A stretch of 52,220 nt of DNA from Planctomycetia bacterium (GTDB lineage: Bacteria; Planctomycetota; UBA1135; GCA-002686595), in NCBI GenBank assembly GCA_005789645.1, contig SXXH01000098.1, positions 1-52,220 on the forward strand, given 5' to 3'. A program made the position numbers and the translations under genes. The notes below the pieces were generated by a model. That model saw nothing but the letters and a program-made list of their open reading frames with translations, did not search any database and was not told where the DNA came from. Of this stretch, positions 16,593 through 26,055 are shown piece by piece (within the stretch, counting starts at the first letter, position 1; each line of letters opens with the position of its first letter).

Positions 16593-18900
16593 AGTCGCGC
16601 GCAGGCGCGGGGACGGCGACGCGGGCTGCATGCATGCGGCGCGGATCGGCGTGCTCGCCGAGGCTCTCGACGAGGCTCTTCAAGGTGCGTGCGACCTTGC
16701 CTTGGTGCACGATGCGGCCATCGCGCACGATGCGCACCTCCTTGTCGAGGTCGATGTAGTCGTCGGCCAACGCGACACGCAGCTCGCCCGCGTCGGCCGC
16801 GCCCCGGATGGTGATGGTGTTGCCGGAACGCTCGGCCTCGAGGCGCAGCCCGGCCTTGGGCTCGACGCAGCCCAGCCAGTACAGGTCGCGGTGCACGACA
16901 TCGTCCTGCAACCAAACGATCTTGGCGGGATGCGGATCGCGCGTGAACTCCGCCATCCACGGCAACGCCATCGCGTCCAACCGCTCCATCCAATGCCCCT
17001 TGCCCTCGTGGATCACGACTTGGTGCTCGTAGCCGCGCGGATCGTGCTTGCGCAGAGCTGCCAACGCGTCGCGCCACTGCGCCGCGATCTTGTTGCGGTC
17101 GTAGGCCGCGTCGTTGGCGCCCATGTGCAGCGCGAATGGCAGGTTGCGCAAGCCATCGGGCCGAGTCTCGTTGGGGTGGCCGGCCATCATCGCCGCGGCC
17201 GCGTAGCGATCCGCCATGCGTGGCGCGAGCTGGTAGACCCCGTCGCCGCCGGCGCTGTAGCCCATCAAGTAGACGCGGTCGGGGTTCACATCCTCTGCAC
17301 GCACGAAGGCCGCCACGAGCTCCTCGAAGAACTCGTCGATGTGGCCTTGGTGCCACAAGTTCCAGGTGTCCGTGGGCGCGCGCGGAGCGACATAGATGCC
17401 CTCGGACGGCTTGTACAGGCGTTTTTGGTTCTCCCATTGCTGGTCGTTGACTTGGGCCGGCGCGCCGCCGCCGCCGTGCATGGAGATCCACAGGCTGCGG
17501 CCGCCCTCGGGCTTGTCGCCGTAGGTGGTCCACCAGAACTTCATGCGCAACTCGCCACGCGCGAGTTCCTTGGCGTCGAGCAACGCCCGCGCCTTGGGGC
17601 CCTCTTGCGCGCGATCGCGCTCGAGCAGCAGCTCGCGCACGCGCGCGCACTCCGACTTGGACAACGGCTCGTCGAACAGCGCGTCGCCCGCCGCGGGTCC
17701 CCCGCCGGAGAGCGCCTCCGCGATGCGCCGCACGAGCGCCGTGTCGCCCTTGCGCTCCACCTTCGTGGCCGGCGCCTGCAACTCGACCAGCTGCTCGTCC
17801 TTCTCCACGAGCACGAACCCCGCTTCGACGCCGTCGACGCGCACCTCGTAGCGCGCGCCGATCGGCAGCGTGGCCACCACATGGTCGTTGGCGTCGTAGC
17901 GCTCGTCCTTGCTCGTGCCGCTCCAGTCGCGCGCGCCCGTCTCGCCACGCAGCTCGACTCGCGCCTGCACACGCGACTTGCCATCGGCGACGCGCAGCCG
18001 CACGCGCGCTTGTCCCGCCGGCGGCTGCGCAGCGCGCGCCGTGTAGCGTTCGGTGGCGTCGATGGCCCGATAGGTGCGATCCCCGGGCAGCCACACCAAC
18101 GGGAACGCCGCAGGCGATTCGCGCCAGGTCACCGCCCAGATCGCCTGCAGCGGATCGCCGAGCTTGGCGCCCGCGGCGCGCTCGACGAACCAACCCTCGT
18201 CGAGCCGGTCACCCGTGGGCTCGGCCGCGCCCGTGAAGCGCCAACGACCATCCCACACTTCGACCCACGAGTGGTTGCCGCTCTTGTCGGACCACTGCGC
18301 CGTGCCCACGAAGCGCGCAGGGACACCCACGGCGCGGCAGGCGTCGATCAGGAGGATCGACAAGCCGGAGCACGAGGCCAGCTTGTCCTCCAAGGTCTCG
18401 AGCGGGCTCTGGTCGGGCTTCTTGCGCTTGGTCGAGTAGTGGACGCCCGTTGCGCCCCACAGCGCGTTGTTGAGCTTCGCCGCCGCCTCGCCGGCCGTGC
18501 GCGCGCCCGCCACCATCGGCAGGCACAGTTCGCGCAGCTTGTCGCGCCACGCGTCGCGCCGCTCGTTGACGCTGGCATAGGGCAGGATGTTGTCGAGGAA
18601 CACCTCCTCGGGCACGGCGTCCTTCCACGGCGCGGCGCGCCACGCCTCGTGCGCCTCGACGCAGTTCTCCACGAGGAAGCGCGCGTCCAAGGTGCGCAAG
18701 TCCGATTCGGGCATGCGTTCGATCAGCCAACGCTGCGCCGCGCGCATGTCCTCGGGCAGCAGCGCGACCGCTTGCTCGAGCTGCTCGCGGTTCGCGCCTG
18801 CCCTGACGAGGGCGGCCTCCCACGCCTCGGAGGCGGCGACGGACGAGGAGATCGCGCAGCAAAGCGCCACCAGCAGGGCCATGGTTCGCATGGCCTCCAC
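16591..18900 (-). CDS. secreted multidomain protein: transglutaminase-like cysteine protease domain + Ig-like middle + alpha/beta-hydrolase (esterase) domain
   Basis: Signal peptide MALLVALCCAISSSVAASEA. Transglutaminase core ASCSGLSILLIDACRAVGVPAR...GNHSWVEVW. C-terminal esterase WISMHGGGGAP...MGYSAGGDG (GxSxG)...HEGKGH. Confidence 0.75.
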   Translation of the reverse strand: MEAMRTMALLVALCCAISSSVAASEAWEAALVRAGANREQLEQAVALLPEDMRAAQRWLIERMPESDLRTLDARFLVENCVEAHEAWRAAPWKDAVPEEVFLDNILPYASVNERRDAWRDKLRELCLPMVAGARTAGEAAAKLNNALWGATGVHYSTKRKKPDQSPLETLEDKLASCSGLSILLIDACRAVGVPARFVGTAQWSDKSGNHSWVEVWDGRWRFTGAAEPTGDRLDEGWFVERAAGAKLGDPLQAIWAVTWRESPAAFPLVWLPGDRTYRAIDATERYTARAAQPPAGQARVRLRVADGKSRVQARVELRGETGARDWSGTSKDERYDANDHVVATLPIGARYEVRVDGVEAGFVLVEKDEQLVELQAPATKVERKGDTALVRRIAEALSGGGPAAGDALFDEPLSKSECARVRELLLERDRAQEGPKARALLDAKELARGELRMKFWWTTYGDKPEGGRSLWISMHGGGGAPAQVNDQQWENQKRLYKPSEGIYVAPRAPTDTWNLWHQGHIDEFFEELVAAFVRAEDVNPDRVYLMGYSAGGDGVYQLAPRMADRYAAAAMMAGHPNETRPDGLRNLPFALHMGANDAAYDRNKIAAQWRDALAALRKHDPRGYEHQVVIHEGKGHWMERLDAMALPWMAEFTRDPHPAKIVWLQDDVVHRDLYWLGCVEPKAGLRLEAERSGNTITIRGAADAGELRVALADDYIDLDKEVRIVRDGRIVHQGKVARTLKSLVESLGEHADPRRMHAARVAVPAPARD

Positions 18901-18948
18901 TCTAGCGCGTGTGGCGGGAGTGCAGTCCGCGAACGGCCGCGCCCGGCT

Positions 18949-20286
18949 TCACCAAGGATGGTCCAGCTTGGCGCCGATCTCGGCGAGGCGCGCCGCGAGG
19001 GTCGCGTCGGGCTCGAGTCCGTTGGCGACCATGGAGACCACGGTGGCGGCGAGGTCGTCGAGGCGCGGGCGCGAGTTGGGATTCTCCATGCCCTCTTCGA
19101 CGACGCGCTTGTAGAGGACCAACGCTTCGGGCTTGCGGTCCGTGCGCGCCAGCGCCTCGGCCATCGGGCGCAAGGCGCCCGCGCGTTCGATGTTGACGAT
19201 CTTGGCGCGCTCGGCGTCGTAGTAGGCCAAGGCCTCGGCGACCACCTGCGCGGCGCGATCCACCTCGCCGCCCTTGTACAGCAACTCCGCGATCTTGGCC
19301 TCGATCGGGAGCTTGTGCTCGGGCTGCCAGCGCAAGGCCGAGACCAGCAGGCGCGTCTCGTCGAGCAGCTTCGACGAAACCGCCTTGTCGCCGCGCCGCA
19401 GGGCCGATTCGGACATGCGCAGGATGGCCGCCAGCCGCAGATCGCGCGGCAGCTTGTCCCAGTTGGCGCGCAGCAACGCCTCGACGCGCTCGCGTTCCTC
19501 GCGGCGCTCGTACCACTTCTCGTAGACGAGCGTCGCCGTCTCCATCGCCGCCTTGATGACGTCGAAGTTCGTGCCCGACAACGCCGGTTCCAAGGAACCG
19601 ACTTGACCCTCGAAGTCCTCCAGCGGAGCCGTGCGGGCGCGTTCGTCGGCGATCAATTTGGCCTCCGCCGGCTCGAGGTCCACGAGGTAGGAATCCGCGG
19701 CCTCGAACTTGCCTTGGCGCAGCATCGCGCGCGCGATCTTGGCGCGGATGCGGGCCTTCTGCCAGACCTGCACCTCCTCGTCGCTCTGCTGGCCGAGGAC
19801 CTTGATCGCCTGCGCGAGCAGCGCATCGGCGTCGGCGTCGCGCCCTTGGACCACGCACTCGTAGGCGCAGTCGGCCAGCACGCAACCCTTGCGCCAGTTG
19901 GCGATGGACTGCGCCACGGCGCGCGCGCGGTCGATCTCGCCCAACTGCAGGAGTCCCGAGGCCAGCTCCTCCTGCACCTTGGAGCGGTTCTTGATGTGCG
20001 GGTCGAGCGGCATGCGCGCCGCGGCGCCGATGGCCGCGTCGTAGAGCGCGGCGCTCCACGCCGGCAAGTTCGAATGCGCCGCGGACTTGGCCTCGACCGG
20101 GACGGCAGCAGCTGGCGCCGAGGGAGTCGTGCTCGATGTCGAGGCTGCGACGGGTGCTTGGGGCGCTGGTGCTTGCGTCGCGAGAGCTTGCGCCGCGGAC
20201 TGGGGCGCATCGCCCCCGCAACCCGCGAGGGCCGCGACGCAGGCGAGGACGAGACAGGACGGAAGGAGCTCGGGCAGGCGTCTCAT
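18949..20286 (-). CDS. lipoprotein, helical-repeat, unknown function
   Basis: Lipobox LVLACVAALAGC, then a Pro/Ala/Ser linker and a long alpha-helical-looking region. It ends 48 nt upstream of the transglutaminase-esterase gene. Start at ATG 20286. Confidence 0.65.
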   Translation of the reverse strand: MRRLPELLPSCLVLACVAALAGCGGDAPQSAAQALATQAPAPQAPVAASTSSTTPSAPAAAVPVEAKSAAHSNLPAWSAALYDAAIGAAARMPLDPHIKNRSKVQEELASGLLQLGEIDRARAVAQSIANWRKGCVLADCAYECVVQGRDADADALLAQAIKVLGQQSDEEVQVWQKARIRAKIARAMLRQGKFEAADSYLVDLEPAEAKLIADERARTAPLEDFEGQVGSLEPALSGTNFDVIKAAMETATLVYEKWYERREERERVEALLRANWDKLPRDLRLAAILRMSESALRRGDKAVSSKLLDETRLLVSALRWQPEHKLPIEAKIAELLYKGGEVDRAAQVVAEALAYYDAERAKIVNIERAGALRPMAEALARTDRKPEALVLYKRVVEEGMENPNSRPRLDDLAATVVSMVANGLEPDATLAARLAEIGAKLDHPW

Positions 20287-20361
20287 GGGTGCTCGGGTGC
20301 GCTCGTGCAGGTCGGTCGTGGTTGATCGTCCGAGGTTCAGGGGCGGGATGCGGCAAAGAGT

Positions 20362-20400
20362 GGGGCCGCGCCCGGGTTGATGCAACCCCGGCGCGGCCCC
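20362..20400 (-). terminator. putative intrinsic terminator after the beta-helix protein gene
   Basis: 17-bp stem GGGGCCGCGCCCGGGTT / AACCCCGGCGCGGCCCC with one mismatch and a 5-nt loop. On the minus strand it is followed by ACTCTTTG. Confidence 0.5.
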
Positions 20401-20444
20401 GTTGCCTTGGTGTCATCGACGCTTGGCCGACGACACGCTCGCGA

Positions 20445-22448
20445 TCAGAGGTGCCAGCTGATGCTGACGCCGTTCGTCAGGTTGAAGGTCGACGCCGTGC
20501 AGAACGCGGCGGCGTTGCGGTACCACACCTGGTAGTTGCGCGTGCCCGGCACCGTGACGTTGCCCTTGACCGACACCGACAGGTTGCCGGCGGTCGGGTA
20601 GCGCGAGGTGTTGGCGGCGTTGACCTTGGTGCCGAGACGGATGACCGAGCCGGCGGCGCAGCGCAGGCCGTCGCCGAACAGCGTGCCGGCGCCCGATCCG
20701 GCCTGGGCGGTGCCCTGGAAGTAGAGGGCCGAGCTGTTGGGCATGCCCGCGCCGATCAGCGTCACCGTGTCTTCCACGATGCTCGCGACACCCGTGGCGC
20801 GCAGGTTGGCGCCGTTGGGGTTGATCGAGTTGGCGCAGCCGTTGCCCGCCGTGCCGGCGTTGGCGCAGGGGCAGGCCGTGCCGCTGCCGTCGCCGAAGCA
20901 GTACGCGGTGCCGACGTCGATGTTCGGCGTGAAGCCGAAGGCGAACGAGGCCGACCAGTCGCTCAGCCACGACTCGGTCGGGGCGAAGGCGCCGCGGTAC
21001 TGGGCCGGGACGAAGAAGCCGTCGGCCGGGGCCGAGAAGACGCTCGTGAGGGCGGCGTTCTTCGGACGCGGATCGAGGCCGATGACCGGCTGCATGACGA
21101 GCGAGCCCGACGTCGTGACGTTCGGACCGCGCGTGATGGAGACGATCGGGGCGTCGGCGGCGGCGGTGCCGACGGTCAGCACGTTGTTGTTGCCCGCGGC
21201 GAAGACGCCACGGTTGTTGGCTTCCGTGTAGGCCGAGGCGTTCAGGTTGCGGAACGCGACGGTGTCGGTGATCTCGTTCAGGAAGCCCGAGGTCTGCGCC
21301 GTGTAGAACGCGGCCGGATTGGCCGGCGCGTTGACGGCCGAGTACGTGTTGTACGGCGTGGTCCAGGTGTTGGCCCAGCTCAAGGTGCCGTTGATGCCGT
21401 AGCCCAAGCCGCCGTCGCCGTCGACGTTGTCGATGGCCACGAGACGCTCGCCGAGATCCATGAAGATCGAGTTGCGAACTTGGACACGGGCGTTGTCGCG
21501 GTAGGCGACGCCGTGGTCGCCGGAGACCGGCTGGCCGATGACGGTGAAGTTGTACAGCGTGGTCGTGGTGACCGGCTGGAAGTCGGACTGCTCGGCGCCG
21601 TCGATCTCGATGCAGTTGTCGCCCGTGCCGGAGCCCTGGCTCGCCAGCAGGCTGTAGCCCTGGACGATCAGGCCGAACTGGATCTTGCCGCGGTAGCCTT
21701 GGTCGATGTCGAGGCTGTCGTCGCCGATGTTCCAGATGGCGACGTGCTTGAGGTTGACCGTGCCACCCCAGATCTCGATGCCGTCGTCGACGTTGTTCAT
21801 GATCTCGATGTAGTCGATCTCCGTGTTGCGGCCGATGCCGCCCAAGGAGAGACCGTTAAGCTCGTTGGCGAGACCAACGACGCGGCCGCCGTAGCGGATC
21901 GAGAAGTACTTGATCGAACCCGAGTCGTCGTCGTCGTTGCCGCCGCCGTAGTTGACGCGCGTGTCGCCCGGGAAGGCGGCCGTGAGGCCTTCCATCACGG
22001 CGTAGTTGCTGGCGCTCGGCGTGGCGGTGTTGCCGACCGTGGCGTTCTCGCTGATGTAGGCATCGCCCATGATGGTGAGGTTGCCCCATTCGTTGGCGGC
22101 GGCGCGCCAAGTGCCCGTCTGCTGGTTGCCGTTGACCCACGTGGCGACATCGGCCGTCGAGGTCATGATGATCGGCTGGGTCTTGGTGCCGTTGGCGATG
22201 ATCTGCGCGCCCTTGGTGATGGCGAGCGAACCGGAGCCATTGGCCGTCGGGGTGCTGGCGATGACCGTGCCAGGCTCGATGGTGAGGGTGGCGCCCGGCA
22301 GGACGTAGATCTGCGCGGTCAGGTTGTAGGTGTTGTTCGCCGTCCACGTGGTGGAGGTGGCGATGTCGGCGGAGACGAGGATCTCGGCCGCGTTGGCGCT
22401 GGCCGCGAGGGCGGCGACAGCGAGGAGGCTCTTGAACTTGAAGGTCAT
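20445..22448 (-). CDS. secreted right-handed beta-helix-like protein with Cys-containing C-terminal module
   Basis: Signal peptide MTFKFKSLLAVAALAASANA. Repetitive G/N/T/I-rich strands (IDYIEIMNNVDDGIEIWGGTVNLKHVAIWNIGDDSLDIDQGY). The C-terminal ~150 aa (about 20448..20915) are related to the tail of the 5587..6606 protein. Confidence 0.75.
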   Translation of the reverse strand: MTFKFKSLLAVAALAASANAAEILVSADIATSTTWTANNTYNLTAQIYVLPGATLTIEPGTVIASTPTANGSGSLAITKGAQIIANGTKTQPIIMTSTADVATWVNGNQQTGTWRAAANEWGNLTIMGDAYISENATVGNTATPSASNYAVMEGLTAAFPGDTRVNYGGGNDDDDSGSIKYFSIRYGGRVVGLANELNGLSLGGIGRNTEIDYIEIMNNVDDGIEIWGGTVNLKHVAIWNIGDDSLDIDQGYRGKIQFGLIVQGYSLLASQGSGTGDNCIEIDGAEQSDFQPVTTTTLYNFTVIGQPVSGDHGVAYRDNARVQVRNSIFMDLGERLVAIDNVDGDGGLGYGINGTLSWANTWTTPYNTYSAVNAPANPAAFYTAQTSGFLNEITDTVAFRNLNASAYTEANNRGVFAAGNNNVLTVGTAAADAPIVSITRGPNVTTSGSLVMQPVIGLDPRPKNAALTSVFSAPADGFFVPAQYRGAFAPTESWLSDWSASFAFGFTPNIDVGTAYCFGDGSGTACPCANAGTAGNGCANSINPNGANLRATGVASIVEDTVTLIGAGMPNSSALYFQGTAQAGSGAGTLFGDGLRCAAGSVIRLGTKVNAANTSRYPTAGNLSVSVKGNVTVPGTRNYQVWYRNAAAFCTASTFNLTNGVSISWHL

Positions 22449-22718
22449 GGTGAGGGGTCCTTGCGACCGGATGTGCGGCTGTTCCGAGGGCGTTGGTGCA
22501 CTAGATGGCGACTTGCTGCGCCGCACTTCGGTCGGGGAAAAGGGTAGAGGGGGCGAATTGGGATTCCGTTAAGGACGGGACAATCCACGATGGTTCCCGG
22601 CCCTATCAACCGACCCCTTCCTAAGTTCATGCAGGAGTGCCGGATCGGGCGGAAAGCCGAGCGCGGCGAGCCTCCGCCCACCGCGCCTTTCTTTGCAATC
22701 GCTTGACCGCCGGGTCGC

Positions 22719-24212
22719 TCAGCGCGCCTGAGCTGCGCGTTCAACCTGCTCGAGGTATTGCTGGATGTTCTCGCGCGGCTTCAACTGCTGCGCGCGCCGC
22801 AACAACGGCAAGGCCTCGGCGTACTTGCCCTGCGACACGAGCAGTTGCGCGTGGCGCACCTTGGCGTCGGGCTCGAAGCTCTCGAGGGACGCGGCGCGCT
22901 CGTAGTAGAAAATCGCCTGCACCGGGTCGTTGGCGCGCTGGGCGTGCTGGCCAAGGAGCAGCAGCGCGTCGCCATCGAGCGGATCGAGGTCAACGATCTC
23001 CTTCAAGACCTTGGCGTCCTCCTCGCCGGCACCTTCGGACAGCGCGATGCGCGCGCGCAACTTGAGCAGGTCCTTCTTCTCTTCGGCGCTGATGTCCTTG
23101 CCGCGCAACTCCTCGACGCGCGCCACGAGCGGCTTGGCTTGCGAGTTGGCGCCGCGCGCCGCCAAGGCCTTCGCCGCGCGGATGGCGCGCTCCGCCTTGA
23201 CGGTCGGATTGAGCTCCAAGGCGCGTACGTAGTGCTTGACCGCCGCCTCGAAGAGCTCTTCGTTGACGTAGATGTCGCCAAGCGTGTTCAAGCTCTCGGG
23301 CGTCGACTTGCCCAGTCGGTCGACCACCTCGAAGTTCTCCGCGGCGCGCATCGGCTGCCCGAGTCCGATGAAGGCGTTGGCCTGCAGCATCCACAGGTCG
23401 GCGCGTTCGGTGTTCTCGGCGATCAGGTTGCCGAACAGCGCCGCGGCGTCGGTGTAGCGCTTTTGCTTGAAGAACGAGCGCGCCAACCCCATCTTCCAGT
23501 CCATCGTCTGCGGATCGAGCAGGTTGGCCATGCGGTAGGCCGTCTCCGCCGACATGTGGACCTCGAGGTTCGAGTAGGCGTACCCGAGCAAGCCGTAGGT
23601 CACGGCGTCGCCGCCGCCCAACTCCACCACGCGCGTCAGCGCTTGGGCAGCGTCCTTCCACTCGGCCTTGCGCACGAGGATGATCGCGAGGTTCTTCCAG
23701 GCTCGGCGGAACTTGGGATACTTGTCGACCGCGGTGCGGTAATACGGCAGCGCCTCGTCGACCTTCTCTTGCTGGAAGTACAGATTCGCCAGCGTGAACT
23801 CGTAGGTCGCCCCCACCAACGGCCCGCACAACGGTTGAAGCGCCACGATGGCGGCGTCAACCTGGTCGGTGGCGATCAGGTTGAACGCGGCCTGTAGTTG
23901 CTCGCGCTCCAGTTGCGACAGCTTGGGCTCGAGATCGGCCTCGGCCGCGTAGCTCTCGGCGAGGCGTCGACGGAAGACCGGATCGTTCCAAACCGACAAC
24001 TCGTACTCGGAGAGCCGCGTCGCGACCTCCTGCTTGGCCTCTCCTTCGTCCGTGGCGGCGGGGTTCGCCGCCACGGCGGGATCCGTGCCGGCGGGCAAGG
24101 CCGCGATGGCTTGGGGCTCTTGCTGCACGCGCCAAGCGGCGCGTTGCTCGTACGTGGAGTTGCAGGCCGCAAGTGCGGCGGCGAGCAGGAAGGAGGCGGA
24201 GATCGGCTTCAT
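22719..24212 (-). CDS. TPR-repeat lipoprotein, last gene of the TonB cluster (TtpD-like position)
   Basis: Lipobox LLAAALAAC. Multiple 34-aa TPR-like repeats (e.g. ALPYYRTAVDKYPKFRRAWKNLAIILV). Confidence 0.8.
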   Translation of the reverse strand: MKPISASFLLAAALAACNSTYEQRAAWRVQQEPQAIAALPAGTDPAVAANPAATDEGEAKQEVATRLSEYELSVWNDPVFRRRLAESYAAEADLEPKLSQLEREQLQAAFNLIATDQVDAAIVALQPLCGPLVGATYEFTLANLYFQQEKVDEALPYYRTAVDKYPKFRRAWKNLAIILVRKAEWKDAAQALTRVVELGGGDAVTYGLLGYAYSNLEVHMSAETAYRMANLLDPQTMDWKMGLARSFFKQKRYTDAAALFGNLIAENTERADLWMLQANAFIGLGQPMRAAENFEVVDRLGKSTPESLNTLGDIYVNEELFEAAVKHYVRALELNPTVKAERAIRAAKALAARGANSQAKPLVARVEELRGKDISAEEKKDLLKLRARIALSEGAGEEDAKVLKEIVDLDPLDGDALLLLGQHAQRANDPVQAIFYYERAASLESFEPDAKVRHAQLLVSQGKYAEALPLLRRAQQLKPRENIQQYLEQVERAAQAR

Positions 24213-24278
24213 GGTGGTCTGGCCTGTGTGGTCGGGCCGGTGAGATCGTGTGCGTTTCGTGCGGGAGCCTCGCGGGCG

Positions 24279-24971
24279 TCACTGCGCGGCGGGGAAGGTG
24301 ATCGGCACGCGCATGCGGAAGCGCACCGGCTCGCCCTTGCGCTTGCCCGGCTCGAACCGCCATTGCTTGATGGCTTGCAGAGCTGGCCGCTCGAAGATCG
24401 GGTCGGTGGACTTCTGGACGCGCGGCTCCACCACACGGCCGTTGACGTCGACGACGAACAGGATGTGCACCGTGCCCGGCGCCTTCTTGCGCACGTCGTT
24501 GTCGATGATGGGCCCGGGTTGGTGAATCGGGCGGGGCTTCTGATCCAGGTCGGAGAGCGAGAACAACTCGTCCTCACCCGAGGCATCCTTGGCCCCGGAG
24601 CCGCTGGTGGCGAGCTTGACCGCGAAGTCGCCCGCCATGCCGTCGCCGCCGCCCATGCCGACGTTCAAGGCGAGCTCGAGTTGAGACAAGTCGAGGGGTT
24701 GCGCGACCTCGGTCAGCTCCGGCGGCTTCTCCTCGGGCGGCGTCTCCTCGGGCTTTTCCTCCTCCTCGGGGGGCGGAGGCGGTGGAGGAGTCTCGACCGT
24801 GTCGACCGTGCGCACGTCCAGATCCTTGATCGGCGTGGCGCTGATCGCCTGCACCAAGGGCAGCAGCAAGAACAAGCCCAAGGCCATCGACGCGCCGCCC
24901 AGCAGCACGAGGAACCCGTGCAGCGCGCGCCGCAGGATCCAACCAAAGGTCGATGAACGCGAGCTGGCCAT
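24279..24971 (-). CDS. tonB: energy transducer TonB
   Basis: N-terminal TM anchor, a Pro/Glu/Lys-rich linker (PPPPPPPEEEEKPEETPPEEKPPE), and a C-terminal TonB domain (GRVVEPRVQKSTDPIFERPALQAIKQWRFEPG). Confidence 0.85.
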   Translation of the reverse strand: MASSRSSTFGWILRRALHGFLVLLGGASMALGLFLLLPLVQAISATPIKDLDVRTVDTVETPPPPPPPEEEEKPEETPPEEKPPELTEVAQPLDLSQLELALNVGMGGGDGMAGDFAVKLATSGSGAKDASGEDELFSLSDLDQKPRPIHQPGPIIDNDVRKKAPGTVHILFVVDVNGRVVEPRVQKSTDPIFERPALQAIKQWRFEPGKRKGEPVRFRMRVPITFPAAQ

Positions 24972-24974
24972 GCG

Positions 24975-25388
24975 TCAGGTGCCTTTGGCCGCGGTGGCGA
25001 CGCTGACCTTCAAGGCGCCGCCAAGCTTGGCCGCATCGATGACGCGCACGAGCAGTCCCGAGGGCACTGCTTGGTCCGCTTGGATGACCACAGGGAGGTC
25101 CTCCTGCGCGACCATGCGCCTAACGAGCGGTTGCACGCCGCCGACGCCGATCTCGCGGCCGCCGTAGACGACCTCGCCCTTGCTGGTGATGGCGATCAGC
25201 ACGCTGGTCTTCTCGAGCCGCACGGCCGAGGCTGCCTGCGGCTTGTCGACCTCGACTCCGGTCTCCTCCACGAACGTGGTGGTCACGATGAAGAAGATGA
25301 GCAGGATGAAGACCATGTCGATCATCGCGGACATGTCGATGCCGCCCTCCGATCCACCGTCGTCCCCGCTGTCGCGAAAGCGTCCCAT
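24975..25388 (-). CDS. exbD: biopolymer transport protein ExbD/TolR
   Basis: Single TM ([18 protein letters not shown]) followed by a periplasmic ExbD-type domain. Confidence 0.9.
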   Translation of the reverse strand: MGRFRDSGDDGGSEGGIDMSAMIDMVFILLIFFIVTTTFVEETGVEVDKPQAASAVRLEKTSVLIAITSKGEVVYGGREIGVGGVQPLVRRMVAQEDLPVVIQADQAVPSGLLVRVIDAAKLGGALKVSVATAAKGT

Positions 25389-25400
25389 GCTGGTCGTTCC

Positions 25401-26039
25401 TCAGGCGGCCTTGCGGCGCGCGAGCTTCTTGTATTGCGCTTGGTTGCAGGCCGTCTCGAGTCGCGCGAGGAAGGCCTTGTAGCGCTCGTGCGAGCGCGCG
25501 AGCTGGTAGTGCACGAACAAGCCCGGCAGAGCCACGATCAAGCCGGTCTCGGTCGTGATGAGCGCCTCGGAGATGCCCCTGGCGATCTGCTCCATCGTTT
25601 GGTCGCCACCCGAGCCGGTGGCGAGCGCATCAAAGGTCGCGAGCATGCCGGTGACGGTGCCGAACAACCCGAGGAGCGGCGCAGTGCCGATCGTGACCTT
25701 GAGCACGCGCAAGTCGCGCACGAAGGGCGCGCTCTCGGTCGTGCGCAAGCCCTCGAAGTAGCTGGCCGTGGCCTTGACGTCTCCAGCGTCCATGGCGGCG
25801 CGGATGATGGCGCCCACTTTGCCCTTGGCCGCGGACGGATCGACGATCCACGCGCGCCAAGTGCGCTCGCGCACGCCAAAGCCCTTGCCAAGGAGGTTCA
25901 GCGCCACGTGCGTGGCGAGGCCGAAGGTCACCATCGCATTGAACGCGATGGCGGCCATGCCCCAGCCGCCGGCGACCCAGATAGCCATGGCGCGCAGCCA
26001 CAGGTCGCCGAACTCCGCCATCATGCCTCCCCCGTCCAT
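25401..26039 (-). CDS. exbB: MotA/TolQ/ExbB proton channel protein
   Basis: Conserved APLLGLFGTVTGM and ISEALITTETGLIVALP motifs. Confidence 0.9.
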   Translation of the reverse strand: MDGGGMMAEFGDLWLRAMAIWVAGGWGMAAIAFNAMVTFGLATHVALNLLGKGFGVRERTWRAWIVDPSAAKGKVGAIIRAAMDAGDVKATASYFEGLRTTESAPFVRDLRVLKVTIGTAPLLGLFGTVTGMLATFDALATGSGGDQTMEQIARGISEALITTETGLIVALPGLFVHYQLARSHERYKAFLARLETACNQAQYKKLARRKAA

Positions 26040-26055
26040 GTGCGTCCCCTGGCCC

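Noticed and set aside
24690-24800. A tandem-repeat-like CCTCC/GGCGG-rich DNA stretch.
   Set aside because: It is explained by the Pro/Glu/Lys-rich linker of TonB (PPPPPPPEEEEKPEETPPEEKPPE). It is not an independent repeat element.
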